The translations under genes and the position numbers were made by a program. Positions 14,362 to 28,521 of a stretch of DNA of 64,000 bases are shown piece after piece. Location: NCBI GenBank assembly GCA_046563655.1, contig CM102285.1, positions 8,990,001 through 9,054,000 on the forward strand, given 5' to 3'. Every line of letters starts with the position of its first letter. Position 1 is the stretch's first letter. Under the pieces are notes generated by a model that searched no databases, had not been told where the DNA came from, and saw only the letters and a program-made list of their open reading frames with translations. Source of the DNA: Yuukianura sp. NJ FZ-2021 (taxonomy: Eukaryota).

Positions 14362-17300
14362 CTATTCCCGACACCAAATCGAATCCTTGTAGGTCCTTGC
14401 CTGGATCCAATTTACAATTTCTGAAACAATAAAAATTTAGCAACTTAGGAAGCAATTTAGCTCTGTCTTTCAAAAATAAAATTCAATGAAATTCACGAGT
14501 TACCTGGAGTCATCCGTGTGTACACTCCTGGTTTGTTTGGTCTTCCGCAACCGCTGCCTAAAACGAATTCAAATCAGAGTATTGAGGTCATGACCTAGAA
14601 GCACTGCCGCCTCAACTCAAGAAGTTGTGTAAACTTACCCCATGACACAATGCCAACAAGAACATTTCTTCCGTGATCCTTGACTATTAGAGGACCACCG
14701 GAATCCCCTACGCAAGAATCCATTTTGCCAAGAACATGGCCAGCACATAACATACTTCTCGAGATGACAACGTTACTTCCTCTGTAGAAATCCTGACAAG
14801 CACTGGCATTGAAAATCTTCACTGTTGCTTTCATCATTTGCTTAGATGGAATGCCACCTTCAGAGAAACATTTAAACATTTTGACAAAGAATTTGACACA
14901 CAGGCTTGGAATTAACTCGCGAAGCAATTAAAAAAACCGGGCTAGGTGTAAGTACTATTGCTAATTTTTGAAACTAGGAAAGAATTGCAGGCAATCTCTC
15001 CAAAATCAAAATTTCATTCAAAATTTTGACTTTTACCTTCTTTGGTAAGTCCAAATCCAGTGACAACTGCATCAGCATTGTCCAAAACCGTTTGGATGCT
15101 GCTACTGTTGGTTGGCAGGCAAACAGGACTTAAGTCCGAGCTTTCTCTTGCAACACCTTCACTCCTTTCTCTGCCAAAAAATTGTTTTCCACTTCGAGCC
15201 TACATCAAAAGCAGAATAACTCAAAAACCTCAAATTACATTAAAAATACTTAAATTTTGTTTCAAAATATTTTGACATTCACCATTCCTACATTTTGATT
15301 ACTAGAAACATTGGCAATGGCAGAAATTAAATCCACTTCATCTTGGCCCATTAATGAATTTGGAGCGGTTGATGAGGAAGCAAAGGTCACGGGCTTGCTG
15401 AGGCGCAGAAGAGCCACATCATGGTCGTAATTGCTACTGTTGTACAGTGGATGGACAATTATTCTGGAAATGGAGAGTCGAAGCGCCTTTCCGTTCCTTT
15501 TGATCCTGTTTCCTTTCCCAAGTCCACTTATATCATGTTCATTTAGAAGGACTTCAAGGGAACCTTCGTCCAGAAGGACACGACCACCAGGAATCCTGCA
15601 AAAGTCCATCAGGAGATCAAAGATCTAATAAAGAGGCCCTCCAAGTTTTAATTTCAAAAGTCTTTTCACAAAGATTGGCTTTCATTTTCTCTTCTATTTG
15701 AAATCTCAAAAAGAAACGGACAAAGGAGATCTTAAAGAAGAATTCTCATAAAGAAGACTCCCGTCGTCCTCTTCCGCTTTTTGGAACTTGAGGACTATCC
15801 TTGCTCATTGTGAAAATCTGTCAAAGCAAGTTCGAAAAGGAACTCACTCAACTCAGGAAGAGGTGGGGAAGGATGTCGCTATTTCTTCCAGAGTTTTTGA
15901 AAAGGAACTTAAGCTGAAAATATTTTCTAAAAAGCATTTACAAAGACTTTCAGTGAAACTTGACAGACGACAGACAAGTTGTAAACTGCTCATTCATATT
16001 TTTCAAATATGTAATGTAAATTGTCAACGTCAGTCTTCCCATGAATCTACAACACCGATTTTGTGATACTGCCAAAAACGGAAACGGAAGCGGGTGGCGT
16101 CGCAAGCAAATGCTGGTGGGGACAAGTTTTTATGCCTTTTGAAAAGAGTATTCTAGAATTTTCAAAAAGCGAAACTTCCTGGATACCAAAACTTACCGGA
16201 GACAGTGAGCTGCCGTTAGAACGTAGTTTGAGTTAAGCAGAACTCCACCACAAAATGGTTGCGGTTTTCCCTGTCGTACAAGAGCAGCAGCCCACGGCAA
16301 CTCTCCTGGAGCCACTTGACTTCCACCAATTATTCTGGATGTAGATGGTGGCTCACCTCCGATTCCGCATTCTGGACAAATAGAAGCAGTTTAGGTTGGC
16401 TTTTTGAAAAAAGTCGATTGAACAAATCCGCTTAACTGCAATCGTCGTAGCTCAGGTTTGATGAAGTCGAGTGACCTGTTTCCAACTTTTCTCGAAATGG
16501 TTCAACCTTCTGCGTTTCTAGAAGAAATTTAGAAAAACGAGTTACGAGATTGAGGACAACATCATTTGCAGTGTCAATGTCAGGAGAGAAATAATTGATG
16601 GTAACTGCGTGACCCAAGAGGATTTTGCTTCTGGGTCAATGGGTTTCGGAGGACGTGATTTTAGTACAACCTAGTGAAGCAGTGCTTACTGTTGCCCGGC
16701 TCTTCACTGTCGTCCTTGTATACAATTTCCAGGGCACAAGTGACAGTACAGTCGAAGACGGTGGGCAAGGAGTAGGCGGGTCGTGATGTGAAAGTCAATT
16801 GGAGGGTTTCCTTGGTAGAGACGTAGTGGCCTCTTGGCTTTCTGGATCCACAAAATCTGGAACCGAGGAAGCAAACATTAATTTTCATAGGAGATCAACC
16901 ATATTCCAGAAGTGATTTGGATCCAATTCCCTACTGAGTTCCTCCTGCCTTAATACTGGAACGATAATCCAATATTGAACGCAAGGCACGCAGTAGGCCA
17001 TGGTTTCAGATATAAAGTTCATTTCCGAACTTACCTGTAGTTGAACGTGTCCTTGTCCGTCACATCGATGTAATTCTCTTCACATTTGAAGAGAGCTGGC
17101 AGTTGAAACCATGAGCAAGCAAATTTCAACTTACAAGGACCCGAAGCCTAGAAAACATTTAAATACATTAGACATTTCCCAGAAATTAAAAAAACTTTCA
17201 CCGAAATTCAGAAAACAAATGAAAACAGTTTGTTGATAAACAAAAACAAAAAAATTTCTGAGGAAAAATTAGGCTAAAATGCTTTCTCCAACATATTTGT

Positions 17301-20300
17301 TTCTTTGGAACAAAGATTTGCGATGTTTGTCTCAATAAAATGTTGCATCTAGAAGATTTCTCCCGCATTTAATAAGTGAAAGTGGGAAAAGATTATGCCT
17401 AAATCCTTCTCACTCTTTTATTTTCTCCCGCAGACTTTCTTTTGTGCAGTGCTTGGAAAGAAAAGTGCCTAATTTATTCAGTCGATTCCATTAATAATCC
17501 AGTTCTACCTTTTAAACTAATGAAACTCCATTTTGCCTTGCTCAACTTAGGACTATTTCAATCTTTAATAGACTTTCTCCATCTGTCCTTGCAAAGTCAC
17601 TTGCGAAATCACCTAACCTTATGTACTGTGCTGTCGTATCATTCGAAATGTTATGTTTATAACCCTATGCTATAGGCTGAGTTAGGTTATTAGGTTATGT
17701 TAGAGTGAACATTTCCTGGAGAAGTCACCTGAAACTTCCAGGAACATGACTGTGTTGCTGGATAGGTCACGGATGGAATTGAAGGATGATGGATTGGAAG
17801 TGGAGGGTAGGGCTCTGTTCGTCCAATTATGCTTGAAGATGAATGGGCCCAGGATGAAGAGAAGCTGAATCCAGGAAGTTGCGGAGTAGTACTGCCAGGG
17901 TTATTTCCAGATTTGTACCGCATTCGAGCAATCACAAATGGATGGATTGTGTAGTTTCCACATGGAACATCTGTAAAAGGAAGTCGCAGTAATTAAATTA
18001 GGCTGAACAAATGTAAAAAAAAATCCGAAAATAATTCAAAAAGCACTAAAAAAAGATGAAGATGAAAAAACAGAGTCAGATTCCACCAATCAGTTGCATA
18101 CATTTCTCCAGAGAGAAAGTTGAGACTTGTTTTTATTCTACTGAACCACTATTACTGTACAGGAGAGATTTTCGCTGTTGTATTTTTTCTTCGTGAATAT
18201 TCGAACATTTTTCCCCTCTAATTACTCAATTCAAATCATATTAAACTAAACGTTTACTAATTAACGTTTAGTGTGATGCAACAATTAAGTCGACGACTTG
18301 CTGCACAACAAATTGATTCTTGTCCACGATCGTTTGCTTCCGCACAATCATGTTCCCAGTAATTCTGACACTCAATGGTCGAATTGACTTGGACCGTAGC
18401 TGAGTCAACTTCGAGCGATCTGGGTCAAGGCCCAGCAAGTTCACACCAGACCAACAGTCAATCAGTTGAGCCGTTTTGACCAGAACGCTGGCACATCCGT
18501 TGATGAAAACACTGCTCACAGTGTTGATGATTGTAAATGAGAGCAGCCCGACAATTCTGGAGTAGATAGGAGTTTCTCCGGACAGCACAAGATACAGGCA
18601 TGCAACTTCGCCGCTGATGATGAACGCAGCCACGGTCCCAAGGATACCGTCTAGTAGCGTTTGTAGCATTCCAACCATTAGTTGGAGACATCGGTAGATG
18701 AAAATGGTGTCTTCCAGGGTCAACTTGACTCTGTCTTCCAACGGAACATTGGATTCAGCCAATGCACTACAGTAAAATTCATTTTGACAAGTTGCTTTTA
18801 AAAATCAATGTAAAATACTATTTAGCCAAAATGTCGTACCAACTGAGCACCTTCTTTGAATAGAAGACTCCAACGATGAGCACAGCGTCAAACATGACGA
18901 GTCTGCTGATGGCCGTAACAGCCACAGCTGAACATACGATGAAAATGAATACGCCCAGAAAAGTATAAAAGCCCTTTGGAATTAACAAGTTGGCAAACGG
19001 AATCAAGCGCTCGGTATATTTGACCATGATTTCATCCGTGACATTCCAGTACGATATTGCGACCCCAATGTAAAGTACGTTTGCAACAACTAGGAAAACA
19101 TACAAAGCTCGCAGGCTGTCCGTACTTTTGTCCTTCACGACTTGCTCTTGAGATTGCCCATTGTTGTCCGTCATGTACCGAGCTAACATTAAGATACTCC
19201 ACTAAACATTACGCCAACGCATACTGTGTTACACAAAAAGTAGTTACAACAATGGTTACCTTGAAAATGTTTGAGGAACCGGATGCCTGTGTTTGCTCCG
19301 GTTAGCACAATGTCTATTCTACAATAGAGCACATAGTCAAATAAGAACAGGGATGGATAGAAAATGAGTCCAAAGTACGTATGAGCCCTGAATCCCTGAT
19401 CCGTCAACACATCCGGAAAAACGTAGTCGAGATAAAAGAAAGTGAAAACGCCCGAGTATACGTACAGGTCAAATAAAATGTAAAATTTGACTTTAGACAT
19501 GAAATGCGGGGTGGTTCTGAAAATGCCCGTTTTATAGTCAGCTTCAATAGGGACAGTCCCGATGAAATTTGTAAATACCATAAACTTGGCAAGTAAGTCG
19601 AATGTTTTTTGAGCAAACATTGCAAATGTATAAATGTCCAACTACAATATGTTTCAGCTTCTTAACTAATGTTAATCCACAAGGAAAGTTGGAATTCTTA
19701 CAGAGGGTATGCGGCAATTTCTGTTGCTACTACAGCAGAAGTAGATTTTTACTTTCTACGGTAAAAGGAATTTTGTGTAAAAATTCAGAATCAGATATTA
19801 CTAAAAGCAGTGGTAAAAGCAAAAGTATTCATTATGTATTGCGAACCTGTGAATTTTTTATTTTTGCGGGTCGTCAGATTTTCCGAAGAAACTCTAGATT
19901 CTATACTTATAGAAACACTATAGAAATTCTATTTAAAGACAATCGATCAATCTAAATGTTTTCAAGAATTGCAGAAAATCCCACATTCGAGGACAACAAA
20001 ATTTTCATTCCAGAACATAAGCAATGCGCATAATGTGACAATATTTAGTGGGATGCAGCAATCAAGCCAACGACTTGTTCCACCACAAATCTGTTCTTGT
20101 CCAACATCGTTTGTTTTCCAGTAATTGTGTTTCCCATGATTTTGACACCGAGTGGCTTGCATGACCTTGAAAATGCTTGCGTCAACTGGATCCTCCGTTG
20201 GTCTGGCGAAACCTTTGTTGCAGACCAACTTTCAATCATTTCCAACGTCTTGGTCCAGATACTGCCGCAGCCGTGGATCGTAATTGAACTCACCGTGTTA

Positions 20301-22559
20301 ATTACGAGAAAGAAAAGAAATCCAATTGTTCTCGTGAACAACGGAGCATTTGCACCCAACGACATGTACAGACACGTCACTTCAGCACCTAAGACAGTCG
20401 CGGCCAGTATTCCACCCACTCCCCGCGTTGCGTCTTGAAACACCACCAGTAAGTTTTGCATGCATCGGAACAGGAAGAACGAATCTTCCAGTTTCACCTT
20501 CAAAGTTTTGTCCAACACCACGCTAAAATTGAATTCAAGGGAATTTTACACTAATATACGCATGGAAAATGCTGATTTTTTGTTATGTTTTACCGCTGCA
20601 ACAACTGTTTTGAGTAGTATACGCTCGTAATGACAACAGCGTCCACCACGACGATTCTACTAATCAGCCCTATAGCAGCTAGCGTGTTGCCTAGCATGGC
20701 CACTACAGCTACAGTAGTATACAGCCAAGCTGGAAACAGTAGTTCGGCAAATGGAACCATAGACTGAACATATTTGACCGTGATTTCATTGACGAGATTC
20801 CAGTAGCTGAAGGTGAGTCCAATGTAGCAGGAATTCATCAGTATCTGGAATGTGTACATGAGACGAAGGCTTTGAGCACATTCGTCAGATACTGGTTGCT
20901 TGGTGGGACGTCCAGTGCTGTCCTTCATGTACTTAGCTACAGAACATAAACATAGTTTGCCAAATATTTACAACAGTTGTAGAGTGACTTGTTTAGTCAC
21001 GGATTTTGAGTTACCTCGAAAGTATTTGAGAAATTTCATCGCCATATTGCCTCCTGCCAAAACTTCATCCATTTTGTAGATCAAAAGATAGTCGAAGATG
21101 AGCATTGTTGGATAGAAAGTGGATGCAAAGTAAAGGTATACCCTTGCAACAGGATTTACCAGAACAGTGGGAAAGAGGTGGTCAAGATAAAAGATGAGTC
21201 CAATGAATGCAATGATTACGAAATCAAGCATAATGTAAAATTTCACTTTCGACGTGTACGTAGGATGTAGTCGAAATATTTCCAGTTTGTAGTCGACTAC
21301 AACTGGCACAGTTCCGACTAAATTGCCAAACGCTACGGCTTTTGCAAGTAATTGAAAGGACTGTTTAGAGTACATTTTTCAAAAATTGAATCTAACCGAG
21401 AGTAAGATTTCCTTCGCCTTCTTTTAGCTTTTTCCTTTCAAAATTATTTGTTTGCTATGATTTTTATAAACCTGAAATTATTTTTATTCATAGCATTTTA
21501 TGTAAATCTAAATAACCTCTTAACGGGATAAAGAGCTAAATTGTTGTGTAAAATTGTTTGCTTTCACAACGTATAATCACTATAATACTTTCATAACGTA
21601 TGCCATGATAATATATATAGTGCATACAAAATAGGGGCAGTATCTCTTACACATCAAGACGGACTTTAGAATTTAAGCTAAAACTAAAAACCTTTCAACT
21701 TGCAATATTGATAATCATAATCAATCAGAAGGGGGAATTTACTTTAACATGCAGTCCAAAAGACGATTTAGAGTGGATTGGAATATGTTTTGCCCAAAAA
21801 AAATTCCTAACGCAATTATTTATGAAATGGGCAGGATATTGTGAAAGATTTGGGTTTTTTGAAGGGGTAAATTGTAATGGCCATATTGACGTTGAAGACG
21901 CCTTTTTCAGAGAGCTTCTTTTATAATATTTCGAAAACTTATTCATTTATGAAAGAAATTTAAAACTACTGAAGTTTGCAAGGGCTTTCTTAGGAACGAC
22001 GTAAGGCGGTTATTTATGAAGATTGATAAAGTCAACCCAGCTCCGCCTTGGTCTCTCTTTTTTAATTTAACTAAAGATATTTTTAGCAAACTTTTCTATT
22101 GAGAACACTTTTACAGAAAACTGAGAAGAGAAAAGTTTAAAGGAATCACTTACTGTATGCAGTGTCCCAGCCAGTAATAGATGGTTTGAGGTCACTCGGG
22201 GTGACGTATTTTGCAGCAGTGGCGCTGGAGCTGGTGGTTGTAGAAGTACTTCCAGCGCTACTGCTGGATGACATTGTTGAACCCAATGGCCTTTGGGGTG
22301 GCACAAATGTCGGGTATGGGATTGGCCATACTGGGCTAGGAAGCTGTGGCCCTGGTCCCCATCCTCCATGGTAATACTGGGGCATTGGTCCATACGGACC
22401 ACCACCTTGGTGATGGTAATGTCCATGCTCCGCAAATCCGAAACCTCCAAATGCCCCACCACCACCGACATGACCTCCATGATGGAAACCATGCCCACCC
22501 TGTCCATGGGTGAAGAAGAATCCAGGAGGTGGCGGAGCGTAGAAACTACCACCGCATCT
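14362..22559 (-). CDS. CUB-domain trypsin-like serine protease with Gly/His/Pro-rich N-terminal exon; first exon not located
   Basis: R|IIGG..ELPWAAAL..FCGGVLL..TAAHC (~16196-16371), DHDVALLRL, DSCVGDSGGP, PGVYTRM, stop at 14362. CUB-like exons ~16690-17970. Exon 22154-22559 has a phase-1 gtaagt donor compatible with the phase-1 acceptor at 17970; that joining is inferred. Confidence 0.75.
18268..19641 (-). CDS. Gustatory-receptor-like 7TM chemoreceptor, 3 exons (19641-19260, 19182-18840, 18766-18268), ~407 aa
   Basis: Multiple hydrophobic helices; C-terminal IRPLSVRITGNMIVRKQTIVDKNQFVVQQVVDLIVASH resembles the end region of divergent arthropod GRs; GT-AG introns are phase-consistent. Confidence 0.7.
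20045..21375 (-). CDS. Gustatory-receptor-like 7TM chemoreceptor, tandem paralog, 3 exons (21375-21015, 20936-20594, 20522-20045), ~393 aa
   Basis: Same intron positions as the neighbour and clear similarity to it (GTVP..DYK..IFR..SKVKFYI..D; KQT..DKN.FVV.QVV.LI.ASH). Confidence 0.7.
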
Positions 22560-25500
22560 CTGTTTGAAATATGAAAAAAAAATATTTAAACAATTACATA
22601 TGAGATAAGCAAAGTTAATAAAGAAATACGATCTGTCTTGTTTTGTATTTCTTAAAATTACATACTTCAAAAAACTGAAGAAATATTTTCAAAAACACTA
22701 AACATAACACTGTTGATTCACAAGTTTTAAGAAACATTGAAACAAAACTCAAATTAAAGGAACCCAACTTTTTGGTACCCACTTTAGATGTTAAAATTTG
22801 GAGACTAAAATTGGAACTGGTCCAAAATAGTGGCAGAAAAAAGCAATAATCCTAAATTCATGGGTGTGGACTACGAATTTTTGAAACTGGAAATTAATAA
22901 ACGTTAGGACGGTTTTGGTTTAGTATTTGTTAAATTGCCAACACCTCAAACGTGACCAAATTTTAGAGCTTCCTTTTCACCATTTCTCCAATTCAAAAGC
23001 TTTCACTTTTATGATTCGTGAGATTCACTGGAAGTTGACGTCTGCTTGCAAAATTTATTTAGCTTTGAATCTAATTTATTCTTTTGTACAAGACGACCCC
23101 CATGAATTGAAAATTAACAACGCTTTTTGTGAAGCAAAAGCGGAATTATTTGGCAAGAATTTCAATTAGAAATTCAGTTCTCTCTTGCATCAAAGTTTCT
23201 ATGAAGTATATGGTACATACGATAAGAGTCGGAATCCAAAATTTAGCAATTTTTGACCTAACGCAACCGCGGAATTGGATGCAACTGTGCTTTTTCGAGA
23301 AAAAAAAAAGCGCTGTGTTCAAAGAGAAGTTTTGTTTGGAATGTTTTTATAAATTAGAAACACGCGTTCGAAGTTTTTTTTCCACTTTGGATTTCAACTT
23401 TTTCAATTTCATGCACTACTTTTGAAAAGTATTTCTTGAGAATTTTTGTTTACATTTGGAAATTAATGCAATGTGAACCACGGTACACTTCTAGATCAGA
23501 TTAGTTTTACAGCCTGAAGAATGAAGGTTTCTAAAGTGGTACTTTTACAACCTCTCTCACACATTTCCCTTTCCTGTTGTCAATCACTCTGCCTCTTGTG
23601 GATTGGCCATTAAATTCGGGAGATTTATGGCCCCGTCCCAAGGTTAAGTCCAAACTTCCGCTCATTTCCAACACAATCCAAATTCCAAACACAAATAGAA
23701 TGTTGGAATGTTTCTAGTAATATCCGTTACTCCTATTTCCATTTTTGTCAATTGGTATGTACTTAAGGGCTCATTTATAGTATGCTCGGTTCCAGTGAAA
23801 TGACAATTTACAAGAAGAAATGGACACTTAAAAGTTATGTTTTTTGTTAGCATGAAGTTTTAGCACCTCTCGAACCGTATTTGACTATGGGGTGGGGGAT
23901 GGAAGTGCGTGATGAGAGGTCAACAATTAGATTAGCGCGTGTAAATGCCAGGAATCCAGCGGAAACGAAGACGCAGAGGGCAGTTCCCATGAACTGAAAG
24001 TTCGCTCGGTGGGAGTTGAGCATTTGAATTCATCATCAGAGTTACATGAGATCCAGGCAGCAGATAATATGAAACCACCCTGTACATAGTAAATGGAGGG
24101 AGGGTTTCGAGATGACATTTCCTTAAAGTAATAGAAGGGCGGAGAGGGTGAGAAGGGGTGAACTGGAATTAAATTTTTTTGGACTTGTAAGCATTCGTAT
24201 CCAACCGTGGACCATTTCCACCCCGGCGGGCTACAATTCTTGCGAAAAATTTTAAGACTTCATTTTGAGAGGTTTGAATTTAATTCAGCTCAGAAATGCT
24301 CGGGTTGAACTCTGACCTGAACGGAGAACGTGATGTTGCGAGAAAGATAGTCATGCGACACCTCTTCTGTCGGTGGATGTGTTGAATTTGGGGTGTCAAA
24401 TTTTGAAATATGTAATTTGGACAAAGAGGGTAAATTTTTAAGTAGGGGTGGGGTGGACTGTATGCTCCTTCCATTTCATTTGAGAGTGCCATAACTACAC
24501 ATAATGCTTATAAGATTTAAGCATTTGGAGGATGAACTACACCCTTTTGTTTGGATTCTGATCGGTTCAAAATCCTTCGCACCTTTGCTTCTCAAACATT
24601 GTTCGATATGTAATGCTCTACAATTGCCAAAAGGGGAAGCTAGTACAATGAACTAGCCATGCAGTCCTAACTACATGGCTTTGTCCGTGAAAATTTTAAT
24701 TCATAAATCATATTCCACATTCGAATTTCAATTTTAAAATATCCAAAATAAAAAAAAACTTGGTTTTTATACATTTTCAAATTTATTTCCTCTATTTTTA
24801 TCAACTCAACATAACTGCGATAGCGAACTGCATGAGATGGAAAACATTAACTGAAGTTAAGCTTTCAATGAAGTATTCTACAACTTTTATAGTAAAAATT
24901 ACACTGGCTCGGTATTCAGTTTTTAGCTAAATTCCATGTCAGATCCAAATGTGAATTTCGACACCTGTTTGATATTCTTTAATTTTAAACCATAGCAAAG
25001 TCTGAATTTTTGACTCAATTTCGGATGGAAACTGCTCTACAAATACACAATACAAAATTTAAGGAGCCGAAAAAATTGGAATCCAGTTTGACCAAACGAC
25101 ATTTGATCCAGTGGCTGTTGGTGAGATTGTAGGGCAGAAAGTATTCCATTGGAAGTAGGATGACCATCCCTTGGTTATTGTAATTGAGTCAGGGGGATGA
25201 TGATGGTTAGATTCCGTATCAGCAGAGGGATCTTGGGAACAATGGCTTCATTCGGATGAATTCTTCGTTGGTCACCAGGGATGAAAAGCCCTTAAGGGAA
25301 AATACCTTTGCAGGCAGGGAGTAAACTGCAGCTTTCCACTCCTTCCAAGATGGGGCTTTGAAATAACAAAAACTACCCTCATCCCCCTTCAAGTTCTTGG
25401 CAAAACGAAACACAACCTTAAGTACTAGGTACTATAGCCTCCTTCACTTTCTGACACCACGAGATTCCAAATTCCTCAACTTCCAAGGCATTGTTATCTT

Positions 25501-25727
25501 AGCCCGAATTCCTTCACATTGCGATCTATTGTTGACAAACGCCACAAAGGTCGCAGACTCCCAAGTGGAACAATTCAGTTCAAACGCATATTCACAGTCC
25601 ACCAAAGACCATGTCCAGCGTCCTCGAGCTTCTTTTACTGGAGACTGATCTTAAAAGACATTGCCAAGGTGAAAGTGCCATTTTGATCTTTTGAACTAGT
25701 TGAGGTCAAAAGGTCATCTGACACACA

Positions 25728-28521
25728 ATGGGTGGAGCCCAGTACAAAAGTGAAACACCGCAGCAGTTAATTCTTACATATGAAAGTAGTGCTGGCAGCA
25801 GTGGTTCTGGCAGTAGTCCAGAAGCCAATGCCAGTTTAAACAGTAGCACAACCAATACAGCCTCAACTACATCTACCTCCAGGCACTTGACCCGAAGTAG
25901 AATCAGTGACGACGAGGTCATCTTTACCGTAAAGGCGCAAAATGGCATTGACGACTATGACATTCCTACGGCAGAGCACATTGACCCCCAAACTAGGCCT
26001 AGTAACCACACCCAACAAACAGAAGAAACGGAAGACTTTTTGCCAATTTGTGACGCTCTGTTCAACGTTATTTGTTTAGTTGGCTACTTTTGTGACATCG
26101 TCTTTGACGTTCTAGCGGCTTACAGTTTATATCAAGAAGGACAATGGGAGTGGGCCATTGTGGCTATTGGATTCATCGTGACCTCCATGATAGTGTGTCA
26201 AGTAGTGTCATTCGGATGGTACTGGAGTCAGCGCAAGGAAGCTGGGCAGGAGTCGCAAGCTTGTTCGACCTCGGTATTAGTAGTCATGCATTTGGGACTA
26301 TGCGGTGTCTTATGGAGATATTTTAAACTGTTCATCCCCGTTGATATTCGATTTGTCAAAAGTGAAGTTCGCGATTTGTGTCTTCTAAGACTAATTCACG
26401 CCTTTATAGAATCAGCCCCTATGCTACTACTGCAACTCTACTTGACATTTCTCAAAGAAAGTCCAAGTGAGGTCACGGATTTGACCTTGGTGTCAACCAC
26501 TCTGAGTCTCTTTACACTCTGTTGGGCATTGGCATCCTACAGTAAAAACATTCGGAAACAAAATGTACACAAGCTGGTCCTCACTTGGCTTGGAGTAATT
26601 TTTCAGTTTTTGTGGCGACTAGGTACGGTCACTGCTCGAGTGACTGCGTTAGCCGCTTATGCTACTGTGTACTCTTACTGGATCTTTTTAGTGCTGATTC
26701 TTCATTGGTTCTGCATGGTACTGTGGATCATGTCACCTCGAAATATTTTCAGTGGTGAGAAGCTGTCAGGACGCAAGAAAACTGGATACTCGGCGCTTAT
26801 TTCAGTAGTCTACCTTCTCTGCTTCATTAACGTTCAGGAAGTGAGGTCGAGACAGAAAGTGACCATATTCTATGTGACAATGTTTTTGGAAAATACGCTT
26901 CTCGTGGGCGTTTGGCTCATTGCTTCGAGGGCGGAAGAGCTCTGGTATCATGACTTGGTCATTTCAGTTGTATTTGGAGCTTTTGTTCTAGGAATCTTCT
27001 TCATGACGCTCTACTACTCGTATTTTCATGTCCGGAAACTGAGTTCTGACTTGGAAGAAGGAAAGCCTAGGATATCATCATCAGGACAAACGACAGCGAG
27101 GGGCCAAGAGTGTGACTACTACTCGAGCGTCGATGTCAAAGACTATAATTATCAGAGATCTTCAGACTTGGGTGAAAGTGGATACGGACCGTACAGTTTC
27201 GATCCGCCGGAAGGAAAAGACAAGAGACTTGGAAGTAGAGCCCTCTACAACAAAATTAATGGACATCATATTCATCATCCCAATGTCCCCGGCGTATTCA
27301 ACTGTCGCTTCAATCCAGCCATGAAACGCAAGAAGAAGAAGCCGTCATCATTTGTTCCACCGCCACTGCCCGTAGGTGATGCCCCACCAAATGTCACCAC
27401 TCTCGCGGGAACTCCCGAATCAATCAACTTCTCCGAATCCAAGATTACCAATCTCAGTCTCAGTCACAACCTTGACAATGAAAAACTGGACTCTAGTGGC
27501 CATCCGACCTCTCGCCCAAGGAAAATGGCCAATCCGTTTTGGAAAAGACCTCACTCTGTCCCGACAGTTGTTAATGAACACGATGGGAGTTCCGGAAGCG
27601 TTTCATCTTCCCACCGCTACCGCCAAGTTGACATTCACCAAAAGTTGCAAGCCAAAAAAGAGCAACAAATCGCTGATTTGAAAGCCATCGAAGAGGAAAT
27701 TCGGCAAGGGAAGTTGCGAAATCGTCCTTCTTCTACAGGGATTCTAGAAGAAAGGAATCTAGGAAGCAGTTCTAGTCGCCAGCATTTGCAAGGACCGCCT
27801 CCTGGAAAGCAGCCACCTTGGTTCCGAGGTGGCGGTGGAGGTCATGGACCAATTCCCTTTAGACCTCCCATTGTAATCCCAAGCGGGGATGAGCTGATGC
27901 TTGATCCACATTATCTTCTGGCCCAGCCCAACGGTCTTTCAGGATTTTATGAGCGACTGGAGTGGAATAACTTTTATGAACCTGTGCTGCAGGGGGCTGA
28001 AGATGAAGACGAAATGGGATTTGACGGGGAGGTGATGGGTGAAAGTGTGAGTGACATGATGGACGACCCACAGAGAAAGTCGAGACGCAGAAAGCAGGGG
28101 CCATTACTGAGCGGACATGACGGAAGTAGAGCCGATCCACGTTTTTTCAGCAGAGGTCAAGGGTCACTTCCGATTCAAAAGAGCTATATGCGCGGATCAC
28201 GTCGGCCCACTGATCACCTCCCGTCAACCAACTCTAGTGACGGTAAATCCATCTTTTTAATATCATGGAGTTGGAATCATGAAAAAATTCTAAAGTTGGA
28301 AAATTTTTGAAAAATACGAAGAAGACAGGAGAGAAAGTCAGGATTCAAAATAAATAACTTTTCCATTTTGTTTTGTAGCTGACGTAGATTCGGGAGGTGA
28401 AGATGAGCATGACTACGAGGACATGCCAGTCGACCAACCCGCTGTCCACCACCACCAAATTCGTATTCCACACCAGCACAAACGATACCCAAAGCAGAAA
28501 CAGCCCGAGACACCGCTCTGA
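25728..28521 (+). CDS. XK-related protein (Xkr/CED-8 phospholipid scramblase family), join(25728..28242,28379..28521), ~885 aa
   Basis: Multi-TM region with the XK motifs LRLIHAFIESAPMLLLQLY, FQFLWRLGTVTARVTAL and FLENTLL; long low-complexity tail; a phase-1 GT-AG intron leads to a last exon ending QPETPL*. Confidence 0.88.
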
